Assembly: GCA_965113315.1 (NCBI GenBank)
Contig: OZ220364.1
Length of the DNA: 64,000 nt
Origin: Podarcis vaucheri
Taxonomy: Eukaryota
Direction: 5' to 3' (one strand)
The notes beneath the pieces were generated by a model that saw only the letters and a program-made list of their open reading frames with translations, had not been told where the DNA came from and searched no databases. Positions 24,184 through 35,048 of this stretch are shown here, piece after piece. Position 1 is the stretch's first letter. Each line of letters begins with the position of its first letter. Both the position numbers and the translations under genes were made by a program.

Positions 24184-26535
24184 CTATTAAAGGGAGAACC
24201 AGAAATGAGCATAAGAAACCAATGTGATACATAACTATTAAACATTTTATTAGCTTATGATGATGATGATGGTGCAGGCAGGCCATTATGCCAGAGCAAT
24301 CCTTGACCAATGGAAACATGCACCAGCAGAACATCATTTATGGAAGGATTTTTTAAACGGTGGAACTTGGGGATGTGGCAGAGCAAAGCCACCATTGGGT
24401 AGTGTCTCATGTTTGCTGAGATTAGTCACATTCATTCTGTCTATACAAAGTTACACATGGAAATGATGGAAAGATGCAGATGCTAATATCACCTCCCCCC
24501 CCCCCACCTAGACAAAACTTTCATGTCATATGTGCCATGTGAGTTATATCACACTGCCCTCATATATATTTTTTAAAAAACAACAACTACACAAGTGGAA
24601 ACTTCTGCCTACTATTTAAAGTTCTAACTTTCAGTATGAGGCTTAATTTTCCTTCAGTTATATTTGGTTCACCCATAAATTTATCTTGGATGCAGTTCTT
24701 GCCACCTTTACATTTTTCTCTTCTTGGAAAGCTGAATTTAGCAATAGCATTTAATCTCTTTTTGCATATTGCTGTGTGGCTGAGATTCTACTTGTCCTGT
24801 GATTCTCCAGTGGGTAACAAAACATGCATATATGGCATATGGAGCTGTAAGGATGTGGTTTGCATATGCTAACTGAAGTGTAACTGAGGAACTCTGTAGT
24901 CAGGTTAACTTTGCAATGTGTTCCTCATTATTATTAGAACAGTGTTGATTCATTAAAATTAGTCAAAATACAAAAAAAAAAAAGCCAGGGAATGTCATCC
25001 TTGTATGATTATTATTTTTTGTAAGTTTCTCACTTTGAAAACCTATTTCTCTAAAATTCAAAGTATGTATTGAGCTAATTTTTATGAGATACAAGTTTAG
25101 GTTTCTTAAAAGGATGGAGTGGCTCTGAGTGCTTTTGCAGCCTATTCTTAGGCGACGCACTACTGGGTGGGCTTGGCTTAAAACAAAAACAGATGATGGC
25201 CTCAACCGCAAATTTTATGACTGCCTGTTTAGGATCCAGAACAAAATGGTTTTTTAAAAATAAAAAAATAAGATTTATGTCTTTCTTTCCTTACCGAACT
25301 GCAGTAAAATTACAAATCTCATGGTAGACACATGCTCTCACCACCAGCATTTCTTATGTCACACACTCTTAGCAAAAAGAGTGCTGTAATTTTCAGAGTG
25401 GTGTCTTTGCCTGTAACTTTTCCATAGCTTGGGGATGCCAATGAGTCCCTTCTTGGATTACTTGAAACCTGCACACAGCTCTTGTTCAATTAAAGTAAGA
25501 GAGAATATAGTCTACGTTTACATTAATTTTTTCAAAATTCCAGAACTTGTAAGTGATCATCAGGTCTTTAACATTTGTTGGCCCTTTTTGGTACTTGTAA
25601 TCATCACTGCATATATTATGCTGGGTTGCAGAAAAATAGCTTGACTAAAGCCTTTATTGGAATGACGTTCCTATCGCTAGAAGTACTTGAAAAGCAAACA
25701 TAATACGTTTTGTTTTCCACACTGAAACCATAGGTTGTACTCGAGGGACTATTTGGAATGTACTTCAGGAGAAATCAATCCTAATAATCATTGGATCAGT
25801 GAATATGGACACTGAAATGTTGTTAAGGCTTAGATTAGCCTTCTGGTACTCTCTGGAAATTTTGGACTACAACTCCTATCATTTCTGACAATTGCCTATG
25901 CTGACTGCGGCTGATGGGAGTGGTGGTTTAATTGAGCTGGAGAGCACCTGATTGAGAGAGGCTGACATAAATAATGAAAGCAGCAAAACCTGCCTGTATT
26001 CAATTTTGGTTTTGTTTGTTCGTCTTCCAACAGAAGTGCAATTCTGTACATGCTTACATCCCGTTCCATCTTGATCAGTGTATCAAACGGTCGTATACAT
26101 TCCAATCAATTCCTGTTCCTTATGAAACACATCTGACAACTTTGAACAGAAGTTAAAGCCAGCAACAATATATTTGATTGCACAGATGAGCGTTAACTGA
26201 GAATAGGATGGAGTCCAGTGATAATTTATTCTGCAAAACCATAACACTACAAAGTTACATGGAACTGCTTGCAATGTCTCGAGTCACCTCTCCCTTCTAG
26301 TATTGTTCATACAATACATACTATCAGAATCTCTCAATTAAACCCAAAATATACAGAAATGGTTAAAGAAGGTTAATGAAGAATGAGGCCTCAGAGTAAT
26401 TTTGTCTAAAACCATTTCTCCAAATGACTACATCAGATCCTTCTCTGAGTTACCACCTAGGCAGAGTTCCAAAGCAAAGGATGCCTAGTTTAGCTGCCTT
26501 TGAACATAGTCACATTTGTCTATTGAGCTTCTTAC

Positions 26536-26698
26536 CTGTGTGGAAGCCAGATTTCTGCTGCAGAGAATTGTTCTAGGTATGTATCCCATTGGTTAAGCAG
26601 GCTATACATGTCAGGCTGGACTAGATGAACACTTACACATTGTTCCCATCCATGCTCAGCTATGTTAACTCCAGTTTCGTTGTAATTATATACTAAAC
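26536..26698 (-). CDS. MKRN2OS: MKRN2OS exon 3
   Basis: GLVYNYNETGV...GWEQCVSVHLVQPDMYSLLNQWDTYLEQFSAAEIWLPHR; 163 nt; canonical splice sites. Confidence 0.92.
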
Positions 26699-27364
26699 CT
26701 AAATACACAGCAACAGGACAAATCAGAAATGCAAAATGCAAGGATTAGTTGTGACATGTTGACCAGTAGTATAATTCATTACATTCTGTTAATTGCTGTT
26801 ACTTGCAACATTCCCATTTCCTTTACAGGCTCATCTGAACAGTAGTTCTAAAAATGTTGGTTATATGAACCCTGAGTATGTAGTCCTATGAATGTCAATG
26901 TATTGGCATAATTAATTACCTAAATTGTGTAATTTTGCCACAGCAGAAAGCAAGACAAGTAACATTTTTGGCAGAAGACAAATGGTGGTGTAATGGAAGC
27001 AGCGCCGCATAAAACCAATACAAGTGGAACAAAAAATTATGCCTTCTTACATCCCTAGGCCCAACTGAAAAGAGCTCTAGCTACAGGCAATCACATTTGC
27101 AAACTTTCCCCAGGAAAAATGGTTATGTAGACTTAGGAAAAAGGGAATTGGTGGTAGAAGGGTTGCAGTTCACATACTGTAAGGAGCCTGGAATCTTGGA
27201 AAAGGAAGAGAAATCAAGGGCCAGAATGCCAGGAGGTTGAAGGGGGAGACATTGTAGGCAATAGGCAAAGGATGAGCAACCTGAGAGAAGGAAATGAGTC
27301 CAAAGACATTTATGTTTCACATAGAGAATCTTAATTTACAAAGTGAATTACAAATGTCTCTTAC

Positions 27365-27414
27365 CACTAGTATTGGTTATTCCAACATGGAGATCAGAAC
27401 TTCCATCATACCCT
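27365..27414 (-). CDS. MKRN2OS: MKRN2OS exon 2
   Basis: (R)GYDGSSDLHVGITNTS(G); tttcag/gtaaga boundaries; 50 nt. Confidence 0.92.
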
Positions 27415-27727
27415 CTGAAAGAAGACATTTAATATCTTTTCATGTTAGAAAACAATCCAGTTATTGGGGAGGGAAATGCTATATTTTTGCAATATAGAGA
27501 AATGTCCTGTTCCCTCTCTCTGCCCTGAAAAGACTGACTACAATCTTATCAAATGTAATTACTGTTCCATTTAATTAATTAAACTTCTAAATGAGTAAAA
27601 GGCTGCCTCAATCTGGCAGCAAATTATACATGATATACATACAAAAAAGCACTTATATAAACTGCAGGTGGTTAGCACCATATTAGAAGAGGTATCAACA
27701 ACAATAACAAGTTTATTTCGGGAATTA

Positions 27728-28307
27728 CCGTATTTTTCGCCCTATAGGATGCACTTTTTCCCCTCCAAAAATGAAGGGGAAATCTGGGTGCGTCCTATGG
27801 GGCGAATGCAGGCTTTCGCTGAAGTTTGGAGAGCGAGAGGGGTCTGTGCGCACCGACCCCTCGCTCTCCAGGCTTCAGGAACACATCCGCAGCCTAGGCA
27901 GCCCTACGGGAGGTCCGGAAGGGATGTCTAGGCTGCGGATAGCAGCCTGCTTCCCGGAGCGTCAGGCACCCTGAAAGCAGAGCACCCGGCACTTCGGGAA
28001 CACACCTGCAGCCTACGCAGCCCTGCGGGAGTTCCCCGCAGGGCTCCCCATGCTGCAGATAGCAGCCTGCCGCCCCGCAGGGGGGGCGCCCTGAAGCAGA
28101 GCGCCCCTCACGCCGGGCAGACATGGGCCAGCCCCACAAGTTTGGGGGACAGCAGGGAGGCGCAGCGCCGCCATCCCGCTGTTCCTCAACCTGGTTCGGT
28201 TTCCCCAACCTGCTTTGGGGGGGGGGGATAAAGGAAAAAAATATTTCCTTTATTCCCCCCCCCAAAAAAAAAAAACCTAGGCGCGTCCTATGGGACGAAA
28301 AATACAG
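27728..28307. mobile_element. Tc1/mariner (Tc2-type TIR) non-autonomous element
   Basis: TA TSD; TIRs CCGTATTTTTCGCCCTATAGGA...TCCTATGGGACGAAAAATACAG; GC-rich interior with internal direct repeats. Confidence 0.85.
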
Positions 28308-28429
28308 TATTTTCATCCTGATGCTATTGATACATTACTTAGCTAAAACTCATGCAATTACCGGTAATTGATCAATACTTTTCATCAGGTTGTACCCCAC
28401 GTTCTGCAGATTTTATAATTCCTCTAAAC

Positions 28430-28617
28430 CAAGCATGGGGAACCTTTAAGCTCCCCATTGTTCCTTTGCAGCTATGTGGGTACCTGTCCCATGGCACCAA
28501 ATATGACCACAGATGTGGGATAGTTGGGTGTGGTTTGCAAGGAATGGCCTCATATATTGAAGCAGGACTCTCGTTGGCCTAAATCTGGCCTGAAGCACAA
28601 GAGGTTCCCTACCCTTG
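28430..28617. mobile_element. hAT MITE, first of a tandem pair
   Basis: CAAGCATGGGGAACCT...AGGTTCCCTACCCTTG flanked by CTCTAAAC and CTCTAAAT. Confidence 0.7.
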
Positions 28618-28625
28618 CTCTAAAT

Positions 28626-28761
28626 CAGTGTTTCCCAAACTCTGGTCTCTAGCTGTTTTGGGACTACAGTTCCCATCATCCCAGACCACTGGTCCTGCTA
28701 GCTAGAGATGATGGGAGTTGTAGTTCAAAAACAGCTGGAGACCTAAGACTGAAAAACGCTG
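28626..28761. mobile_element. Palindromic hAT MITE, second of a tandem pair
   Basis: CAGTGTTTCCC...GAAAAACGCTG ends; internal inverted repeat GGACTACAGTTCCCATCATC/GATGATGGGAGTTGTAGT; flanked by CTCTAAAT and CTCTAAAC. Confidence 0.8.
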
Positions 28762-29753
28762 CTCTAAACTGATCGTGGGATTTGTAACTCTATAAAGGTG
28801 GTGTCTTGTTTGTTTGTTTGTTTGTTTTCATTTCTATACCTCTTTATAAGAAAAAAACTCAAAGCTGTTTACAGTTGATCACTAAATTAGACCTCCTGAC
28901 CTGTCAATTTGGTTTCAAAACAAATTTTGACTCACTTTAGTAAATTATGCAGAATTTACTCATTTCTACACCAGAGCTTAGAATAAGTCCACATGGTTTG
29001 TCTGCGGAAGGTGCCATATTTATTTCATTTTTAAAGTTTTACAAACCATTTAATCCAAGAACTCTCTAAGCAGTGTACATAATAAAATTGTACCGAAATC
29101 CACTATGAAGAAACATACACGAAATAATAATATATTAAGACACAGATGAAAACCATAGAACTTCTAAAACAAATATAGGTAACTAAATCATAGGTCTGGG
29201 TAGGCTTGCTAAAATAAAAACTTTTTCAGTGCATGTCTGAAATATAGTGAGGGTGCTGCCAAACTAAATGATCAACTCCTCGCAAAGGCAGAGCAGACAT
29301 TATATGGCACTTGTAAAAGTGCAAGTTCCCCAGATCAAAGCAGTCAAATTGGCACATGTAGGGCAAGGCAATCCCTTATGTAAACTGGTCCCAAGCTGCT
29401 AAGGCCTTGAATGGCAGAACCTTGAATGTGGCCCAGTGACAAACTGACAACCAATACAGATGTTTGAGCAATGGTACCATCATGCTGGCAAAATCTCACT
29501 CCTATCAGTCATCATGCTGCAGCATTCTGCACTGCACACTGCTCACTCCTTGGCACCTCTAATCCTGCTGCCACATTGCAAGGATGAGAGAGAATTTAGC
29601 CCCAGATCTTGGGAAAACATTGCTAGCCATAAGTGGACTGCGGCAGATGGACTGATCTAATCCATCGTAAGGTAGCTTTCATATGTCTTCTTTCTGAGCA
29701 CACAAGCAAAATGAACATAAATACTAATAGCATTGTTGAGCAGAAAATCCTAC

Positions 29754-29971
29754 CTCAGAAAGGTTCCTGTAGTAGGTTTAAGTAAAAAAGAACATCTTTC
29801 TCTGTGCCCATTAACAAATGGGCTGGGGATAGTGACAGGGGCTTCTTCCAGTTTCCTGTAGAACAGGCTCTGCCCACACAGGGGACACTGCTTGGGCACA
29901 AAGGAACCAAAGATGTCTCTCTTACAGTGGCTGATTTTGATTAAGCCTCTCTCCGAGTCCAAAGGCTGCAT
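29754..29971 (-). CDS. MKRN2OS: MKRN2OS coding exon 1
   Basis: MQPLDSERGLIKISHC...CPLCGQ...RKLEEAPVTIPSPFVNGHRERCSFLLKPTTGTFL(R); donor AG|GTAGG; 218 nt; an upstream in-frame ATG exists at 30064. Confidence 0.9.
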
Positions 29972-30488
29972 GATTTCTGCCGCCTCCTTGTGCAAATGCA
30001 GCTGGGCTTCTACCTGGCACAGGCTTATGGGTGAAAGGCAGAGCTTAACTACTGAAATGGACATGGGAAAGTGGGTGGGATTTATTAGCTGTGCAGGTGA
30101 GACTGACAGATCAGAGAGCCAATTACTCCTCTAAGAGAAGGAAGCAGAGAAGGGGGCAGGGAGGGAGGGTTTGCAGGTGGACATTCCCTTAAAGAGCCAG
30201 TATTTGTTTTTTCACATCATGAGGAGGTTATTCTGCTGTAGATTCACACAGTATGGTAGCTGTAATTTGTCCACTCATGTGGTCAATATTGGCTCAGTTC
30301 CTGCTAGTGGCTAGCCTTCTGTTTCTCTGCATATAAAACCGAAACCCCAAAGCTATGTTAACTGATGTTAAACAGAAAGGCCCCTGTATTTTCTCTTTTG
30401 CACAGAAAGAAAATTGTGACTTGGAAGTTTGGGGCTTGCACCTGCTTCTCCGCTAGCATAGCTGTCAGGCAAACCTAGCAGCATAATA

Positions 30489-30713
30489 CAGTGGTACCTT
30501 GGGTTACAGACTCTTCAGGTTACAGACTCCGCTAACCCAGAAATAGTACCTCAGGTTAAGAACTTTGCTTCAGGGTGAGAACAGAAATTGCGCAGCAGTG
30601 GCACAGTGGCAGCAGGAGCCCCATTAGCTAAAGTGGTGTCTCAGGTTAAGAACAGTTTCAGGTTAAGAACAGACCTCCAGAATGAATTAAGTTCTTAACC
30701 TGAAGTACCACTG
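30489..30713. mobile_element. Tigger-like MITE, family copy 2 (inverted relative to copy 1)
   Basis: TA TSD; TIR CAGTGGTACC...GTACCACTG; reverse complement of 13504-13721. Confidence 0.9.
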
Positions 30714-31288
30714 TAAAGCTGTTCTTACTGACCACATTCTAATATAACTGAAAGCAGCTCCAAACAAGAACCAAGACAGTAATCAGAGCTAAAGGACCAT
30801 CCAGGAATCCATCTTACTAGCTGCAAGAAGCAAGGTTTCTCTCTCCATGTGATCTGCCTGCCTGCTCTACGAAACCCTGGAGCAGATTACTATGAAACTA
30901 ATAAAGGTTAAATATCAGGGGCCCTAATCCCAGACAGGCACCATAAGTGACTTCAGTCCACGTAGCTTAAAATTTTGGGGTCTAGTAGACTCAAAACTGA
31001 GTCACACGACTCAAACTGATTAATTTTTTGTTGTATATATTTCAACACCAAAGTCTGTAGTGCAGATGCTGCAAAGGTGGTGTGTCGTGGCAGTTGGCCA
31101 TTCTGCTGAAGAGCGCTTAAATTCTTTCTGAATATTGCCTCTAGAAAATTACTTCCAAGAAGGACTGCAACCCTAAGCACACTAAGTAGAGAATGGACTT
31201 ACTTCTGATTAAATCTACTTAGCCTTGCACATTGCATCTATATTTCGGGAGAGAAGAAAGCAAAAGAAGGAAATACAGTATATTGTCT

Positions 31289-31424
31289 CTCAGTTATCAG
31301 AGCATAAGACTCTTAATCTAAGGGTCATGGGTTTGAGTCCTACGTTGGCAAAAGATTTCTGCATTGCAGGGGATTGGACTAGATGACCCTCGTGACCCCT
31401 GCGAATTCTACGATTCGATGATTC
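31289..31424 (+). mobile_element. tRNA-Lys-derived SINE with CR1-type 3' tail
   Basis: CTCAGTT..AGAGCATAAGACTCTTAATCTAAGGGTCATGGGTTTGAGTCCTACGTTGG resembles a degenerate tRNA-Lys(CTT); fused to TTGGACTAGATGACCCT...ATTCTACGATTC. Confidence 0.8.
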
Positions 31425-31429
31425 CTGGT

Positions 31430-32340
31430 GTTTGTGACGCTTCCGGCCCTCCTTGCTAGTTAGGGCGATGTGCAGCTCCCAAACGATTCGGCGCCACCGT
31501 AGATTGAGAACGACTGTCTTGTTCAGAGGCGCCGCTAGAGGGCGCGCCGCCTCGCTCTCGCGTTGGCGCTTCAGGCGCGCGACCGCTCTAGCCCCACAGG
31601 CTGGCAAGGAGCTACGGCAAGTCTCCATGGCCGCCGCCGCCGACCTCCATTTCCGCCACAGCCAAAAGCATCCGGCCTCTAATTACGGCCGCGCGTGCCT
31701 CCCCTAATGCCTTCCGGCCGGAAACCAGTTCCTGCAAGAAGAGGCCGGGTAGCTTTGGCAGGGCTCCCAAACAGCTCCTCCTCCCTTCGCCCGCCGCCTT
31801 AAGCTTCTCAGGGCTCAGCGGAACCAAAATGCGAGGAGCTGCGCCGGGAGGGGACGCCGAAGCGGGAGCGGAGCCGGAGGAGACATGAGCAGCACTAAGG
31901 ACGTGACCTGCAGGTCAGAGCCACCGAGCACTGCGACCTCTCCCCTCCCCCACCTACCGCCCTACGGCGCGCGGGCACGCCCCGCCCCTCGCCGGGGAGG
32001 GGTCGAGAGGCGGCCGGGCTCCCGCCCTCCTCCCGCCCGTTAAACTCCCGAGAGCCCCCTCCCCCACCCAACGGAAGGGGAAGGAGAGGCGGGCGCCGCT
32101 GCTTCGGCTTCCTACCTTTGTTCCATTTCCCTGGTGACAGGCGGACACACCCCGCTCCCGCCTGCAGCCCCGTTGGTCCCAAAGCCCTGCAAGGAGACCC
32201 TCGTGGGCCTAGAAGCCACTAGGCGTATAGGAGGCCCTTTGGGATCTGGCCTCCTTGGGGGGAGAGGACGAGGCAACCTCTGTGATCCTGGCCCCCCATC
32301 CCTACCTAGCTCGCCTCCGCACGCGCCTGTGTGTGTCTCC
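31430..32340. promoter_or_regulatory. CpG island / MKRN2 promoter, potentially bidirectional with MKRN2OS
   Basis: High GC and CpG content around MKRN2 exon 1; CTCF-like CCGCTAGAGGGCGC at 31532-31545; palindromic paired ETS sites TTCCGGCCGGAA at 31712-31723. Confidence 0.8.
31885..31913 (+). CDS. MKRN2: Makorin-2 E3 ubiquitin ligase, exon 1
   Basis: MSSTKDVTC(R); donor AG|GTCAGA; phase matches exon 2. Confidence 0.9.
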
Positions 32341-33430
32341 TTGTTTAGCTTGCTTTTGAGCAGCTGAAGTTCGCCCCAGTAGGGAAGAGAAACAGAAACT
32401 TAGTTGTGCGAGAGGAGGAACCCAAGAGCAGCCCTGTTGGATCAGAACTGTGGCCCTTTCTGGTCCAGCATCTCGTTCTCAACAGTGCGCAAGCAGACAC
32501 GGAGCCATAAGAGGAGCACAACAGCGCTCTCCTCACCTGTGAATTCCGGCAATTGATATTCAGAGGCATATGCTGCCTGGGATGCTGACCTTCAAGACCC
32601 TGATTGCTGGTCCTCACCGTGTTATGTGGCAGGACATTTCATAGTTTAGCTATGCTCTGAAAAGAAGCATTTCCAGATTTTGTATGTCCTGAATCTCCTA
32701 TGATTCAGCTTCATGGGATGTGCCAGTTTCTAGTATTACCCAAATAGAGAGAGAGAATTGTTGGTGATTTTTTTAAAAAGTAAACCTTTTAAAAGAACAT
32801 ATTCTGTCAAGTGCATTTTCTGCTATTTATTTAGTCGCTTTATATCACTCAGGGCAATCCAAAGATACATTAAAACCAAGAGGAAAAAGAAATGCTTTAA
32901 AAACATCCCACCCGACTTCTAAAAGAACACAGATAATTAAAGGTCAAAGGCCTTGTTACAGAAGAAAGTTTTTGCCTGGTGCCTAAAGCTATATAATGAT
33001 AGTGGAGAGATCACTCCACAAATGATACCTGTTCTCCTGTTGCGATTTTCCAGACCTTTTGTGAAGGAGGCACACAAAGAAGGGTCTTAGCGGGGTCTGG
33101 GTTGGTTCATATGGGGAGAGGCAGTCCTTAAAGTATTGTAGTCCTGAGTCATTTAAGGCTTTATAGGTCAAAAGCAGCACTTTGAATTGGGCCTGGAAAC
33201 TAATTGGCAGCCAGTATAGTTATGCCAGGATTGGTGTTGTATGCTCTCGTCCTGTGTTTCCCAAATGTTTTCCAACCATGGCCACCTTCCCGACCTTCTT
33301 TCCTTCCTGTGGCCCGCATGGGTGTAGCCAAGGGGGAGGCAGGGGAGCAGCTGCTCCCCAAATCAGTAAAAATCAATACACATCTGAGGTTCTGCCTCCT
33401 TGCCTTTTTTCTAACAAAAAAGCCCTAAAT

Positions 33431-33539
33431 TAGGCTATGCAACCTCGGCCCTCCAGATGTTTTTGGGACTACAATTCCCATAGGGATCATGGGAATTGTA
33501 GTCCCAAAACAGCTGGAGGGCCGAGGTTGCCTACGCCTG
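33431..33539. mobile_element. Palindromic hAT MITE
   Basis: Perfect 8-bp TSD CCCTAAAT at 33423-33430 and 33540-33547; the element is a near-perfect inverted repeat. Confidence 0.85.
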
Positions 33540-33782
33540 CCCTAAATATTTTTCCTTATAGAAGAGTTGCTCCAACCTCTTGATCACTTATGCTTTTACT
33601 AAGTTCATTTCATTTTTGAAATTGTGCCCTAATTTCTGTCTCACTTTTCCTGGTTTCACATTATGGTGCATGTTATAGTTGATGCATAATGCTTGATGGT
33701 TGATTTTTGGTCATGTCTGAACAACATCAAGAAATAGTTTAAATGCCTGTCATCTGTTGGTATTTTCTCTTTGTCACTGCAG

Positions 33783-33911
33783 GTATTTTATGCAAGGGGT
33801 ATGCCGTGAAGGAAGTAGGTGCCTGTTTTCACATGATTTGTCTACAAGTAAACCATCTACTATCTGCAAATTCTACCAGAAAGGCCAATGCGCCTATGGA
33901 ACTCGCTGCAG
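33783..33911 (+). CDS. MKRN2: MKRN2 exon 2 (C3H zinc fingers 1-2)
   Basis: [42 protein letters not shown](R); 129 nt. Confidence 0.97.
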
Positions 33912-34869
33912 GTATGGGCTGCTTGTTTTAAAAATAAAACATACAGGTTTTTTGCAGGGGGGTGGTGGAGTGTCATGCCAATTATATTTCCTAAGCTGTT
34001 GATCCTCTAGACTTGAAGAACAGCTTGTGGCATGGATTCTATTTGGTTTGTAATATCTAAATTTTTATTAAAATCAGAGGAAGAGCTTAATGTTCCAATA
34101 TCCTGGTTGCAGCTGGACAATTAGTTCTTAGAATCTGTGCTGCTGCTTGTTTCATTAAAAAGCTTGCAAGATTAAAGCTTGCCTTGTGTGAAGCCCAGCT
34201 GGTTGATCTAAAGTTACAATCCCATATACACTTTCTTGGGTGTATATACCATTGAACTCAGTGCATAGAACTGGGATGTTTATGCTGCAATCCTAAATAT
34301 TAAGTAGAAGTAAGTTTCTTTTGAAATTGGCAAAGCTCTAAGTAAACTTACATAGGATTAGGATCCTATGTACTCTTAAGAGTACTTTCTGGGCTTAACT
34401 AGATGAGGGATGTAGTCTCTCCTAAGGGGATTTTAGTTATGTTATAGAAAGATTAAAAAGTCAATTTAGACTGCAGTCCTTACCGCACTAAGACCCATTG
34501 AATTCAATAAGACTTACTTCTGAGTAGAATTCTGCTGGAAGACTGCAACCCTGTCCCTCACTTAATTGAAATCAGCGGGACATATTCTTGCATAGGAAGG
34601 TACTGTGGATACGTGAAAAGTGCAGTAACTCATACTCATTGTATGTTTAGTGTAGATTTTGCTGAATTCGTCCAAGCAGTGAGTGACACTCATTCTTAAG
34701 AACCCACTTGCTTTTAAACAGCCTGCCTATTGAAACAAGTCCCTTTTTGCAAGGGTGGCTATCCCCCCAAACCTGAGAATTACACAGTAGGGTAATTGTA
34801 CTAGCACAAATGTATTGAAATAAATGTCTTCCGCAGTTAATATTTGTGGTCTTTTTATTTGTTCTTAAG

Positions 34870-35048
34870 ATATGATCATGTTAGACCTTCTGCATCAGGT
34901 GCCATAGTGAGTACTAGGACACTTTGCGCTTCTGCACCACCATTCTACAGCCTTAACACTCAGCCGGAGCAAAATACACCTATAACAAAAAGTAAAGTAC
35001 ATGAGCCTGGAAAACGTGAAAAGAAAACATTAGTGCTCAGAGACAGAG
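34870..35048 (+). CDS. MKRN2: MKRN2 exon 3
   Basis: YDHVRPSASG...HEPGKREKKTLVLRDR; 179 nt. Confidence 0.93.

Noticed and set aside
27668-28371. ORFs up to 140 aa in MKRN2OS intron 1
   Set aside because: Lie in the GC-rich interior of a non-autonomous Tc/mariner element; no transposase motifs
31289-31350. Functional tRNA-Lys gene
   Set aside because: 5' acceptor stem missing, T-loop mutated (GTTTGAG) and fused to a CR1 tail; this is a SINE
31627-31707. Good-context ATG (MAAAADLH...) upstream of MKRN2 as an alternative start
   Set aside because: Ends at a stop at 31707 and does not join the MKRN2 frame; it would only be a uORF if the TSS were upstream, which cannot be determined here
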